Below, in pieces: positions 9,710 through 20,991 of a stretch of DNA of 64,000 nucleotides; position 1 is the first letter of the stretch; every line of letters begins with the position of its first letter. The translations under genes and the position numbers were made by a program. The DNA lies in assembly GCA_963677895.2 (NCBI GenBank), contig CAXXGJ010000017.1:64001-128000 (forward strand). Direction: 5' to 3'. The DNA is from Treponemataceae bacterium (GTDB taxonomy: Bacteria; Spirochaetota; Spirochaetia; Treponematales; Rectinemataceae). Under the pieces are notes generated by a model, which did not search any database, was not told the origin of the DNA, and saw nothing but the letters and a program-made list of their open reading frames with translations.

Positions 9710-10403
9710 TGAGCGCGCTCATATCCTTGGGTAGGGGAGCGCTCATGTCGATTTTCTTTCTGGTCACGGGATGCGAGAAAGCGAGCCTTTCGGCATGGAG
9801 GCCGGTGCGCTCCAGCAGAGGTCTCTCATCGAAGAGATCCCCTTTCCATTTGCGCTTGATCTGCGAAAGAAGGACGGGTTTGCCGTCGCCGTACAGCGGA
9901 TCAGAGACTATCGGGTAGCCGGTGGCTGCGCAGTGCACCCTCACCTGATGCGTTCTCCCCGTTTCCGGACGCACCTGTACGAGTGAAAAATCCCTGAACC
10001 TTTCGAGGGTCGTGAAGTGGCTGTATGCCGCTTTGCCCCGCTTCGAGTCCACGATGGTCCTGTGAAGCCTGTCGGCATCGGCCAGCAGCGGATCGTCGCA
10101 GTCCCATTCATCCTTTTCCGTCCTGCCTCTCACGATGGCCAGATACGATTTCTCCACGGTCCTCGAAAGGAACTGCGAGTTGAGAATCCTGTGGGATTCG
10201 GCGTCCCTGGCATAGAGGAGGACGCCGGAGGTGTCCTTGTCGATCCTGTGGACGACAAGGAGATGCCCGAAATCCTTCTCCAGGTAGGAAAGCGCGACCG
10301 GAGCGTCCGGGTCGTATCGATCGGGAATCGACAAGAGACCCGCGGGCTTGTTTATGACGACGATCGACTCGTCGGAAAATAAAATCTGTGGGCTGTTTAT
10401 CAC
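9687..10403 (-). CDS. RluA-family RNA pseudouridine synthase
   Basis: 'INKPAGL', 'HRIDKDTSG' (catalytic Asp), 'TGRTHQVRVH', 'LHA..L.F.HP'. Confidence 0.93.
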   Translation of the reverse strand: MINSPQILFSDESIVVINKPAGLLSIPDRYDPDAPVALSYLEKDFGHLLVVHRIDKDTSGVLLYARDAESHRILNSQFLSRTVEKSYLAIVRGRTEKDEWDCDDPLLADADRLHRTIVDSKRGKAAYSHFTTLERFRDFSLVQVRPETGRTHQVRVHCAATGYPIVSDPLYGDGKPVLLSQIKRKWKGDLFDERPLLERTGLHAERLAFSHPVTRKKIDMSAPLPKDMSALIAQLKKI

Positions 10404-10486
10404 GTCCTCACCTTAACATATCGGGCGTTTTTTGGAAACCTATGGTTTCCGCGGTTTCCGATCTATGCGCGACGGGAGCCCGATTT

Positions 10487-10915
10487 TCAGACAAAAATAT
10501 CCCTCGCGCGCCGCGAAACCTTGTCCAGCATCCTGCGCAGGGCCGCCCTCTCCTCAGAATCCAGCACATCGAGCGCGTCGCCCATGGATTCGGGCGCGAA
10601 GAGCCTCGCGGCGTCTATCCTGTCCAGGAGTTCCTCTCCCTGACCGGTCAAACCGAGGCGGGTGGAACGCCTGTCCTTGACCACGGAAATGCGGCGCAGC
10701 CAGCCTTTCTGAACGCACTTAAGCGCGACCAGACTGAGCGTAGGCTTGTCCATGCCGAGTTCCGAAGCGGCCGCCGACAGGTTCAGCGCCCCCATCCGCC
10801 GCGCCAGTCTGACCAAATAAAACTGGTGAAAGGTTATGCCGAAAGGCATGAGAACCTGCCCCACTCTTCTCCGCCAAAGCGCGAAAGCCATGCCCATGAA
10901 AAGATACTCGTCCAT
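10487..10915 (-). CDS. MarR-family transcriptional regulator
   Basis: 142 aa; wHTH 'AASELGMDKPTLS'; 'DRR...LGLTGQG'. Confidence 0.85.
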   Translation of the reverse strand: MDEYLFMGMAFALWRRRVGQVLMPFGITFHQFYLVRLARRMGALNLSAAASELGMDKPTLSLVALKCVQKGWLRRISVVKDRRSTRLGLTGQGEELLDRIDAARLFAPESMGDALDVLDSEERAALRRMLDKVSRRARDIFV

Positions 10916-10968
10916 GTAGTTAGTATACGAAGCATTTTACATTTTTACTAGTTTATTCTTAAAAGATC

Positions 10969-10997
10969 TTGTCATTCGGCCCGATTATGGGTATCTT
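10969..10997 (+). promoter_or_regulatory. Sigma70-type promoter of groEL
   Basis: TTGTCA-17 nt-TATCTT; no CIRCE element seen. Confidence 0.55.
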
Positions 10998-11030
10998 TAA
11001 GGCGACCTTACAGGTCACCAATCCATTTAG

Positions 11031-12701
<1,671 letters not shown>

Positions 12702-12725
12702 GTCCCACTCTTTATCAGCAGTTAA

Positions 12726-12754
12726 GGGGCGTCCGAAAGGACGTCCCTTTTTTT
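12726..12754 (+). terminator. Rho-independent terminator of groEL
   Basis: GGGGCGTCC-GAAA-GGACGTCCC followed by T7. Confidence 0.9.
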
Positions 12755-12852
12755 ATAATTGCATACACCATTCCGCCCATGTCGCTTGCGAGAAATGTAA
12801 AGCCGTGCCGTCCATACCGGCCATGCCGCTACAACGGGACGTAATAAAATCA

Positions 12853-12870
12853 ATGTAGCAATTGCTACAT
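12853..12870. promoter_or_regulatory. Crp/Fnr-family (NtcA-like GTA-N8-TAC) binding site 1
   Basis: Perfect 18-bp palindrome ATGTAGCAATTGCTACAT upstream of the M20 gene; near-copy at 15243. Confidence 0.75.
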
Positions 12871-12980
12871 GACAGCTAATGATATTTTTAATCTAAGAAA
12901 AGCACCCTATTCTATTTTATATGACGGCTCTAGATTCATGGACTCGAGCTATAATTGATCGTGTTTGCTGATAAAGGAGA

Positions 12981-14387
12981 TTGGAAATGGAAGATCCACG
13001 ATACTTTTCTGAAGATTTATTAAAAAAAACCTTTGAATATGTGGATCAACATCAAATCGAGATGATTGAAGACTTAAAGAAAATATGTAGTTTCAGAAGC
13101 GTAAGTGGAGATACTGATGGGCTTGAAAAAACGAGGGATTACATTCAAGAAGAGATGGAAGGGATTGGGCTTGACGTGAGGAGACACGATGCTAAAGGCG
13201 GTAACGCCTTAATTTCCGCAGAAAAACATGGAGAAGCGCAGGATACAATCCTTTTCTATAACCACTATGATGTAGTAGAAGAAGGGAAACGTGAAAATTG
13301 GATTACTAAAGATCCATTTAGCGCACAGCTCATTGATGGAAAAATTTATGCAAGAGGAATATCAGATAACAAGGGAGGTCTTTTTTCTAGAATACATGCA
13401 ATAGAGGCAATTCTCAAAGTCTGCGGGAAGCTTCCTGCTGGAGTGAAATTCATTGTCGAAGGTGATGAAGAGACTTCGAGCCTTTCCATGTCTACTTTTG
13501 CGAAAACCAATCAAAAAGAATTTAAATTGATGAGTAAAGCAGATGTTTGTGTATGGGAAAACGGAAGAAGGGACGAAAAGGGTCACCCTTGGGCAAGGTT
13601 TGGAGTCAGAGGTAGTTGTGCCTTCGATATACGCGTAAAGACAGCAGACACAGACACGCACAGTAGAATGGGGGCAACCATACCAAGCGCATCGTGGCGA
13701 TTGGTATGGGCTTTGGCTACGCTCAAAGACAGCTGCGAAAAAATTCTTATAGAGGGTTTCTATGATAAAATAATTAAGCCGACGAAAACTGATCTAGAAG
13801 TTCTTGAAGATTTCCCATATGAGGAACAGGAGCTAATAAAAGAATTAGGTATCAGTCATTACCTTCTGGATGCCAGTGGATTAGAATTAAAAAAAAGGAT
13901 CTATTTGGAACCGTCTCTTTCTATTTGTGGAATCGAATCAGGCGAGGTTCACAACGGAGTCCGTGGGATAGTGCCTTCAAAAGCATATGCGAGGATAAGT
14001 TTCTATCTTGTTGCGGATCAGGATCCGATTGAAATTGAAAAACTATTAGCGAAGCATTTCGAAAGGCATGGGTTCTCCGATATCGAGGTTACAAGGCTTG
14101 GTGGATCAAACTACCCAGTACGCACGCCTGTTGATATTCCATTCCGTTTGCGATTAATGAAGGCAGCGGAAAAAGTATATGAAATGCCCATGGTGACAGA
14201 ATTGACTCAGCTAGGGGCAGGCCCGGCAATAATATTCAGAAACGCATGGCCGAATTTGCCAATTATAGGATTTGGACCTGCAAATACAAACGGAAACCAC
14301 CATGCACCAAACGAAAACCTTAAAATCGTGGATTATTTCCAAGCTATCAAACATATTATTGCCCTGCTATTTTCTTATGCGGAGTAG
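12981..14387 (+). CDS. M20/M25/M40-family metallo-hydrolase (dipeptidase/deacylase-like)
   Basis: 'YNHYDV', 'RGISDNKG', 'EGDEE', 'HAPNE' metal-binding motifs. Confidence 0.88.
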   Translation: MEMEDPRYFSEDLLKKTFEYVDQHQIEMIEDLKKICSFRSVSGDTDGLEKTRDYIQEEMEGIGLDVRRHDAKGGNALISAEKHGEAQDTILFYNHYDVVEEGKRENWITKDPFSAQLIDGKIYARGISDNKGGLFSRIHAIEAILKVCGKLPAGVKFIVEGDEETSSLSMSTFAKTNQKEFKLMSKADVCVWENGRRDEKGHPWARFGVRGSCAFDIRVKTADTDTHSRMGATIPSASWRLVWALATLKDSCEKILIEGFYDKIIKPTKTDLEVLEDFPYEEQELIKELGISHYLLDASGLELKKRIYLEPSLSICGIESGEVHNGVRGIVPSKAYARISFYLVADQDPIEIEKLLAKHFERHGFSDIEVTRLGGSNYPVRTPVDIPFRLRLMKAAEKVYEMPMVTELTQLGAGPAIIFRNAWPNLPIIGFGPANTNGNHHAPNENLKIVDYFQAIKHIIALLFSYAE

Positions 14388-14401
14388 GCACATGAATATA
14401 T

Positions 14402-15097
14402 CTACTCTGCATCGCTATCATTATCTAGGCGCGCTATCGTTCCTGAATGGATTTGTATCCTAGAGTTTAGAGTCCTTAAATCTCCATCCTTCAATGCTGT
14501 GGCGATCAAGCGGCTGATGGTAACTCTATTTACGCCTAAAATCGCGGCAATCTCTTGATGACTATATGATATTTTTAGCTCGTGCCAGTGATCATCAATT
14601 ATTAAGGTTGGTTTTATTGAGGCGGCAAAAAGCTTTAGAAGCCTATCCTTTGCTGTGTCAAATACAATGCTCTCTAGTTCTCTTCGTAAAAGATCGTTCT
14701 TGGTAGTACTACTGTGAAGTAATTCGTTAGAGAATTCCGGATACTGTAGCAACTTATCATAGCATTTACGATCGATTACATACAAAACGGTCGGGATCTC
14801 AGTGATGGAAAACCTTTCTGCAAGCATATTCGGGGTATGACGGACGAATACTCCTTCCCTTAAAAACCATCCATTATTCAATATATAAGATATTTTCTCT
14901 ACACCATCATTATTTATCATATAGTGTCGTGTTCGGCCTGTATGTATATAATATATAGAATCAATTATATCGCCTGGGTTTACAAATATCTTCTTTCCAG
15001 GTAGCTCCCTACGTTTGGCGTATCTAGCTATCAATTCGTTTACTTCCAGGTTTGCGCAGCTAGGAAAGTCAACCAAAACATAACTCTTATTGTACAA
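14402..15097 (-). CDS. Crp/Fnr-family transcriptional regulator
   Basis: N-terminal cNMP-like beta-barrel ('IYYIHTGR'); C-terminal HTH 'SHQEIAAILGVNRVTISRLI'. Confidence 0.88.
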   Translation of the reverse strand: MYNKSYVLVDFPSCANLEVNELIARYAKRRELPGKKIFVNPGDIIDSIYYIHTGRTRHYMINNDGVEKISYILNNGWFLREGVFVRHTPNMLAERFSITEIPTVLYVIDRKCYDKLLQYPEFSNELLHSSTTKNDLLRRELESIVFDTAKDRLLKLFAASIKPTLIIDDHWHELKISYSHQEIAAILGVNRVTISRLIATALKDGDLRTLNSRIQIHSGTIARLDNDSDAE

Positions 15098-15242
15098 TCA
15101 GATCTCCTTGCAAGATTTTTCTCTATTTTCAGCAAAAACCTAGCTTTATGCTGAAAACATTGTAGAAGGAGTATAGTATTATAGAATGCTCTCAGTCAAT
15201 AAATAGATATATTTCTATATCTTAATTATATTTATTACATTT

Positions 15243-15260
15243 TAGTAACAATTGCTACAT
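15243..15260. promoter_or_regulatory. Crp/Fnr-family (NtcA-like) binding site 2
   Basis: TAGTAACAATTGCTACAT, 15/18 identical to site 1; followed by TATACT at 15297. Confidence 0.7.
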
Positions 15261-15356
15261 TGAAACGGATGATATTTCCTTTAAAAAAAATGGCCCTATA
15301 CTAAAAATCCAGGAATCTTTCGGATACTCGTTAAAACCTCTAAATTCGGGGAGTCT

Positions 15357-17123
15357 ATGGTTAATCCAGGCGACAGCAATGAACTATTCGATGCCCTAAG
15401 TGGTAAATTCTCGATGGATAATGTTATACAGTCGGTTAATTATTTCAATACCCTTCAAAGATATACCGGGACAGAGGAAAGCGATATTGCTGCCAAATAT
15501 ATAATTAATAAGATGCACGAATATGGAACTGAAGTACATGAATATGAATATAACGCATATGTCAGCCGGCCTTTGAACGCATCTATACACATGGGAGCTC
15601 AACATTTTAAGGCAATTGCAGCGGTCTATAGCGGAGACGCCAGCCAACTACAAGGTGAAATTGTTTACATAAAGGACTCAAAGCAACTTGCAGAACATGG
15701 TAGGCTAAACAAGGATGCTCATAATATTGCTAAAGGTAAGGTAATCCTTATCAATAAAGTTGAGGATGGATTCGCAAAAATAGCATCTGATGCACAAGCT
15801 TTGGCAGTAATCCAAATACAAGAATCCAAGGAAGACCTAATCCACCATTCAACGGTCGGCACTGTATGGGGAACGCCTTGCTTGAATGATATTGATAAAT
15901 TCCCCTATATCCCCTACGTTTTTGTAACATATTCAGATGGTCAAGAAATGATCACAAATATTATGAACAAAAATTATACTGTAAGTATTACCGTCGTAAT
16001 GGATAATTCAGTAAAAAAAAGCATGATGCCAGTCGCTAGAATTAGCGGAAAGAGCGATAAATTCGTCCTTATATCAGCACACTATGATTCATGGTATGAA
16101 GGAATTACAGATAACGCAATTAGTGATGCGATACTTATCGAGTATGCTAGGATTTTTAGCGAAAATAAGACGAAGCTGAATCGAAGTATTGTAATTGGAT
16201 GGTGGTCTGGTCATTCAGATGGACGATACGCTGGTTCAACCTGGTACTGCGACAATCTTTGGGAGGACTTATCAAAGAATTGCATAGCGCATTTTAATAT
16301 CGACTTAGCAGGCTGTAAAAATTCCGATCAAATTAGAGCAAGAACAACGTTGATGGAAGGAGAAATTTTTACCTCTCAGTTGATCAAAAAATATACGGGA
16401 AATGATACAATGCCTTCAATTTTTATGCCTCGAGCAGCCGATCAATCATTTTGGGGAGCAAAAATTCCTATTTCAATAATGTTGAAATATGAACCCTTAC
16501 CCAAGAACTGTGATTTTTCATGCCCAAGCGGCGGTGTCTGGTGGCATACTGATTGTGACACCATAGATAAAATGGATCGTAAAATTACAGCTCGTGATAT
16601 GCTTATTAATGCTGAAATGATATGCTCAGTGTTAAATAGTAAACATATACCTATTCAAATCGTCGATTATATTACACAGATTAGCACTTATTTATATACT
16701 ATTTCGAATTCGGTTTCTGATACCAACATATTCGAGCCGGTATTCAAAAATTTAGCAAATTTAAAACGAAAAGTAATATCGCTCTATGACTCCCCAGAAT
16801 TTGAGCGGACTGATAACGATGATATAGTTAAATACATCGGCGGAGAACTTGTACGTTTGACTTATTCATATAGCAGTCAATATTACCAAGATTCGGCAGC
16901 AAAAATGGAACGTTTCCCGCTAATAAAAAAATCATTATCCATTCTTGAAAACTCAAATGAGGAAGATATCAAACTTTTCGCCATGACTGATCTTATTAGG
17001 CAAAGAAATCGACTTGCTGGACAGATTGACCATCTAGCGATGATTCTCGATAATTTTCTGTTTCGCTTAAGGACAGAAGCTTTGAATGAGCCTTCATTAA
17101 TGGGGAGTGAATCTAATGTATAG
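15357..17123 (+). CDS. M28-family peptidase-like protein with PA-like insert and non-canonical active-site loop
   Basis: 'SAHYDSW', 'TDNA', 'WWSGHSDGRYAGS', 'NID', 'WWHT..DTIDK'. Confidence 0.75.
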   Translation: MVNPGDSNELFDALSGKFSMDNVIQSVNYFNTLQRYTGTEESDIAAKYIINKMHEYGTEVHEYEYNAYVSRPLNASIHMGAQHFKAIAAVYSGDASQLQGEIVYIKDSKQLAEHGRLNKDAHNIAKGKVILINKVEDGFAKIASDAQALAVIQIQESKEDLIHHSTVGTVWGTPCLNDIDKFPYIPYVFVTYSDGQEMITNIMNKNYTVSITVVMDNSVKKSMMPVARISGKSDKFVLISAHYDSWYEGITDNAISDAILIEYARIFSENKTKLNRSIVIGWWSGHSDGRYAGSTWYCDNLWEDLSKNCIAHFNIDLAGCKNSDQIRARTTLMEGEIFTSQLIKKYTGNDTMPSIFMPRAADQSFWGAKIPISIMLKYEPLPKNCDFSCPSGGVWWHTDCDTIDKMDRKITARDMLINAEMICSVLNSKHIPIQIVDYITQISTYLYTISNSVSDTNIFEPVFKNLANLKRKVISLYDSPEFERTDNDDIVKYIGGELVRLTYSYSSQYYQDSAAKMERFPLIKKSLSILENSNEEDIKLFAMTDLIRQRNRLAGQIDHLAMILDNFLFRLRTEALNEPSLMGSESNV

Positions 17124-18060
17124 ATACGTATTACGCAGGCTCATCATGCTTATTCCGGTGCTCTTGGGCGCAACATTCATAGTCTTTTTTATTATGACCT
17201 TGTCACCTGAGGATCCTGCGCTCATCATTCTTGGCGCTGATGCGACACCAGAATCTGTTACTCAACTTCATACTGAACTGGGCCTAGATAAACCGCTTTT
17301 AGTAAGATATTCGACCTTCATAGTTAACCTATTAAGAGGCGATCTTGGCAAATCGTATAAAAACAACCTTGATGTAATGAGCCAGATCCTGGACAAGCTC
17401 CCCAATACAATTCTATTGGCTTTTACCGGCGTAGTAATTGCCGTTTTAATCGGAATACCGGTAGGAATTCTATCCGCTAAAAAACAGTATAGTCTTTTCG
17501 ATAATGTAGCGATGATCCTTACTCTGATCTTGGCTGCTTCTCCGGCTTTCTGGTTTGGATTGATGCTTGTGATCATCTTTTCTTTAAATCTTGGATGGTT
17601 TCCTTCAGCGGGTATGGGAAGTGGATTTTTCAGTGCTATAAGAAGCTTGGTATTACCAGCAGTTACGTTATGCGGCAGTACTGCGGCACTTATCGCGAGA
17701 ACAACTAGATCATCAATGTTGGAAGTTATAAGACAAGACTATATAGACACCGCGCGGTCAAAAGGGGTGAAACAGTCGAAAATTACCATACACCATGAGC
17801 TTAAGAACGCTCTTATCCCGATTGTAACTGTAATAGGGCTGCAATTTGGTGTGCTTCTTGGTGGATCAGTCATGACAGAATCTGTTTTTTCATGGCCTGG
17901 TGTAGGGAGATTCGTAGTTGAAGCTATTAAGAGCAAGGATATTCCGAATGTGCTCGGTTCTGTGGTGATGTTATCTATATTATTCACGGTTATAAATCTG
18001 TTGGTGGATATCCTTTATGCGTTCATCGATCCAAGAATCAAATCGCAATACAAACATTAG
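17116..18060 (+). CDS. Peptide/nickel ABC transporter permease (DppB/OppB-like)
   Basis: 'GDLGKSY', 'RSSMLEVIRQDYIDTARSKG', 'ESVFSWPGVG', 'IDPRI'. Confidence 0.93.
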   Translation: MYRYVLRRLIMLIPVLLGATFIVFFIMTLSPEDPALIILGADATPESVTQLHTELGLDKPLLVRYSTFIVNLLRGDLGKSYKNNLDVMSQILDKLPNTILLAFTGVVIAVLIGIPVGILSAKKQYSLFDNVAMILTLILAASPAFWFGLMLVIIFSLNLGWFPSAGMGSGFFSAIRSLVLPAVTLCGSTAALIARTTRSSMLEVIRQDYIDTARSKGVKQSKITIHHELKNALIPIVTVIGLQFGVLLGGSVMTESVFSWPGVGRFVVEAIKSKDIPNVLGSVVMLSILFTVINLLVDILYAFIDPRIKSQYKH

Positions 18061-18071
18061 CAGGAGATATC

Positions 18072-18971
18072 ATGCGAAAAGCCATAAGCAAGCAAGGAGC
18101 CGAAAGCCGAACGCTCTGGCAGGAATCATTGATACGATTCAAACGGAACAAAATGGCGATTGTTGGCTTAGCTCTGATCCTCATCCTCATAGCAATATCT
18201 ATCGGGACTATTGTCATAGATGCTGTGGATGGAGGCAACATATACACAAAATATGTAATTAAGCAAAATCTTCAAAAGCGCCTTATGAAACCATCTTTAG
18301 AAAACATTTTTGGCTGTGATGAATATGGTAGAAGCATCCTATTTAGGATGATATGGGGAACCCGATATTCCTTGTTTGTAGGAGTGATGGCAATAGTAAT
18401 CGCAACGTTAAGCGGCGGGCTTATCGGCGCCGTAGCAGGATATTATGGCGGGAAAATCGACAATCTTTTAATGAGAGTTATGGATGTATTTTTAGCAATT
18501 CCGTCTATGGTGCTTGCGATTGCGGTAGTCGCAGCTTTGGGAACAAGCATGTTTAACCTGCTTCTATCGATTGCGGTACCTCAAATTCCCAGATTTGCCC
18601 GAATCGTTCGCGCTTCAGTGATGTCGGTGAGGGACAAAGAATTCATCGAAGCCTCCCGAGCGGTTGGAGCCAACGATATTACGCTAATCATGAAATATAT
18701 CCTTCCAAACGCGATGGCTCCTATAATCGTACAAGCAACATTAGGCACAGCGAATGCGATCTTGTCGATAGCAGGTCTTTCATACCTAGGACTTGGGATA
18801 CAACCTCCCATACCTGAATGGGGTGCCATATTGACCTCCGCAAAAATGTACATGCGCGATGCATGGCATATTTCGGTAATACCAGGTCTTGGGATTATGA
18901 TAACAATCCTGGCGCTGAATCTATTTGGTGATGGTCTCCGTGATGCGCTCGATCCAAAGCTAAAGAAGTAA
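18072..18971 (+). CDS. Peptide ABC transporter permease (DppC/OppC-like)
   Basis: 'FGCDEYGRS', 'EFIEASRAVGA', 'GDGLRDALDP'. Confidence 0.93.
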   Translation: MRKAISKQGAESRTLWQESLIRFKRNKMAIVGLALILILIAISIGTIVIDAVDGGNIYTKYVIKQNLQKRLMKPSLENIFGCDEYGRSILFRMIWGTRYSLFVGVMAIVIATLSGGLIGAVAGYYGGKIDNLLMRVMDVFLAIPSMVLAIAVVAALGTSMFNLLLSIAVPQIPRFARIVRASVMSVRDKEFIEASRAVGANDITLIMKYILPNAMAPIIVQATLGTANAILSIAGLSYLGLGIQPPIPEWGAILTSAKMYMRDAWHISVIPGLGIMITILALNLFGDGLRDALDPKLKK

Positions 18972-18987
18972 ACGGAGATGAAAAAAT

Positions 18988-19986
18988 ATGAGTGACATAC
19001 TTGCAGTAAAAGGTATCGATATAGTCTATGAAACACAGGATGGGGTTGTCCATGCGTTAAATGGAATTGATCTTACTCTGAAGGAAGGATCATCCGTAGG
19101 GCTTGTTGGCGAGACCGGGGCAGGAAAAACAACCCTAGCAAAAGGTATAATGAAACTTACACGAAGCCCTCCTGGAAAAATTCGAAAAGGAAAGATCCTT
19201 TATCAGGACACGGATATTTTAACGCTCGATGATGAAAAAACCCGTGAATTGCGCGGAAAAGAAATATCAATGATATTCCAGGATCCGATGACTTCACTCA
19301 ACCCGGTGATGACAGTAGGGGAACAAATAGCCGAAGCAGTAATTACCCATAAGAAGGTATCCAGCAACGAAGCGATGGAAGAAGCCCAGGATATGCTGGA
19401 ACTAGTAGGTATTCCAAAAGAACGATGCCACGAGTACCCACATCAGTTTTCCGGAGGCATGAAACAACGAGTAATTATTGCTATAGCGCTGACATGTAAC
19501 CCGAAAGTATTAATAGCAGATGAACCAACCACAGCCTTAGATGTGACCATACAGGCTCAAGTACTGGATTTGATGAATAATCTGCGGTCAAAGTTAAAAA
19601 CTACTATGTTGTTGATTACCCATGACCTCGGCGTTGTTGCCCAAAATTGTGAATATGTCGCCGTCATCTACGCTGGAGAGATAGTAGAGTACGGTACGGT
19701 GCATGAAGTCTTCAAGAACATGAAACACCCATATACCGTAGGATTATTCAACTCTCTGCCTAGTCTGACTAAAACAGTCAGGAGACTGATCCCAATCGAA
19801 GGCTTAATGCCGGACCCTATGAATCTTCCAAATGGATGCAAATTCAGTACTAGGTGCAAATGGGCTACAGAGCTATGCAACGAAGAGCATCCTGAGATGG
19901 TCGCGGTAGACGGGGAGCACATCGTTCGATGTTTTATTCAAGAAGGAAAGGTCAGAAAAGAGGTAAATGATGATACAGAAAAATAA
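18988..19986 (+). CDS. Peptide ABC transporter ATP-binding protein (DppD/OppD-like)
   Basis: Walker A GETGAGKT, 'FSGGMKQR', '[10 protein letters not shown]', C-terminal Cys-rich oligopeptide domain. Confidence 0.95.
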   Translation: MSDILAVKGIDIVYETQDGVVHALNGIDLTLKEGSSVGLVGETGAGKTTLAKGIMKLTRSPPGKIRKGKILYQDTDILTLDDEKTRELRGKEISMIFQDPMTSLNPVMTVGEQIAEAVITHKKVSSNEAMEEAQDMLELVGIPKERCHEYPHQFSGGMKQRVIIAIALTCNPKVLIADEPTTALDVTIQAQVLDLMNNLRSKLKTTMLLITHDLGVVAQNCEYVAVIYAGEIVEYGTVHEVFKNMKHPYTVGLFNSLPSLTKTVRRLIPIEGLMPDPMNLPNGCKFSTRCKWATELCNEEHPEMVAVDGEHIVRCFIQEGKVRKEVNDDTEK

Positions 19987-20962
19987 TATCCTTGAAGTAA
20001 GGAGGTTAAAAAAATACTTCCCTACTCCGAAAGGACTTTTACATGCGGTGGATGACCTTTCTTTTAATATTAAGGAAGGTGAAACCCTCGGTGTCGTAGG
20101 AGAGTCCGGATGTGGCAAATCTACTTTAGGAAGAGTTATATTAAGGCTGCATGAAGCCACGGATGGGGAAGTTTTGTTCGATGGCGATAATATCTTAAAA
20201 TATTCAAAAAACAGAATGAAAAATCTCAGAAAAAAGATGCAGATTATTTTCCAGGATCCTTATGCATCATTAAACCCACGCCTGACTGTAAGTCAGGCTA
20301 TCGAAGCCCCTTTGCTCATACAAAACGTTTTCAAGCCTACGCAGAAGTCAGATTTGCAAAAAAGGGTTTTTGAAATAATGGATCTTGTCGGGCTGGCCAG
20401 AAGGTTGGTAAACACTTATCCACATGAACTTGATGGAGGAAGACGGCAGAGAATAGGTATCGCGCGGGCACTTGTTCTAAATCCAAAATTCATTGTTTGC
20501 GATGAGCCAGTTTCAGCTTTGGATGTATCCATACGTGCGCAGATATTGAATTTGATGCAGGACCTCCAAGAACAACTTGGGTTGACATATCTTTTCATCA
20601 CCCATGACTTGAGCGTAGTTAAGCATCTATCCAGCAATATTCTGGTTATGTACCTAGGACAGATCGTAGAAATGGCGAAGCCTGATGATTTATTCAAAAC
20701 ACCAATCCATCCATATACACAAGCGTTATTGTCCGCGATTCCCATTCCTGACCCAGATATCAAGATGAAGCGAATGATACTCCAGGGAGAGCTGACATCT
20801 CCGATAAACCCCGCTCCTGGCTGCAGGTTCGCTAAGCGATGTATTTATGTGACGGATATTTGTTCAAAAAAAACACCTGTGCTCAGGGAAATATCAGAAA
20901 ATCATCTGGTTTCTTGCCATATCGCGGAAAGATTTGCATTAAAACCCATTATAGATGGGTGA
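19967..20962 (+). CDS. Peptide ABC transporter ATP-binding protein (DppF/OppF-like)
   Basis: GESGCGKST, 'LDGGRRQR', 'CDEPVSALDV', 'HPYTQALL'. Confidence 0.95.
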   Translation: MMIQKNNILEVRRLKKYFPTPKGLLHAVDDLSFNIKEGETLGVVGESGCGKSTLGRVILRLHEATDGEVLFDGDNILKYSKNRMKNLRKKMQIIFQDPYASLNPRLTVSQAIEAPLLIQNVFKPTQKSDLQKRVFEIMDLVGLARRLVNTYPHELDGGRRQRIGIARALVLNPKFIVCDEPVSALDVSIRAQILNLMQDLQEQLGLTYLFITHDLSVVKHLSSNILVMYLGQIVEMAKPDDLFKTPIHPYTQALLSAIPIPDPDIKMKRMILQGELTSPINPAPGCRFAKRCIYVTDICSKKTPVLREISENHLVSCHIAERFALKPIIDG

Positions 20963-20991
20963 GCGAATATTATGTCTTTAGGAGGCAGAAG

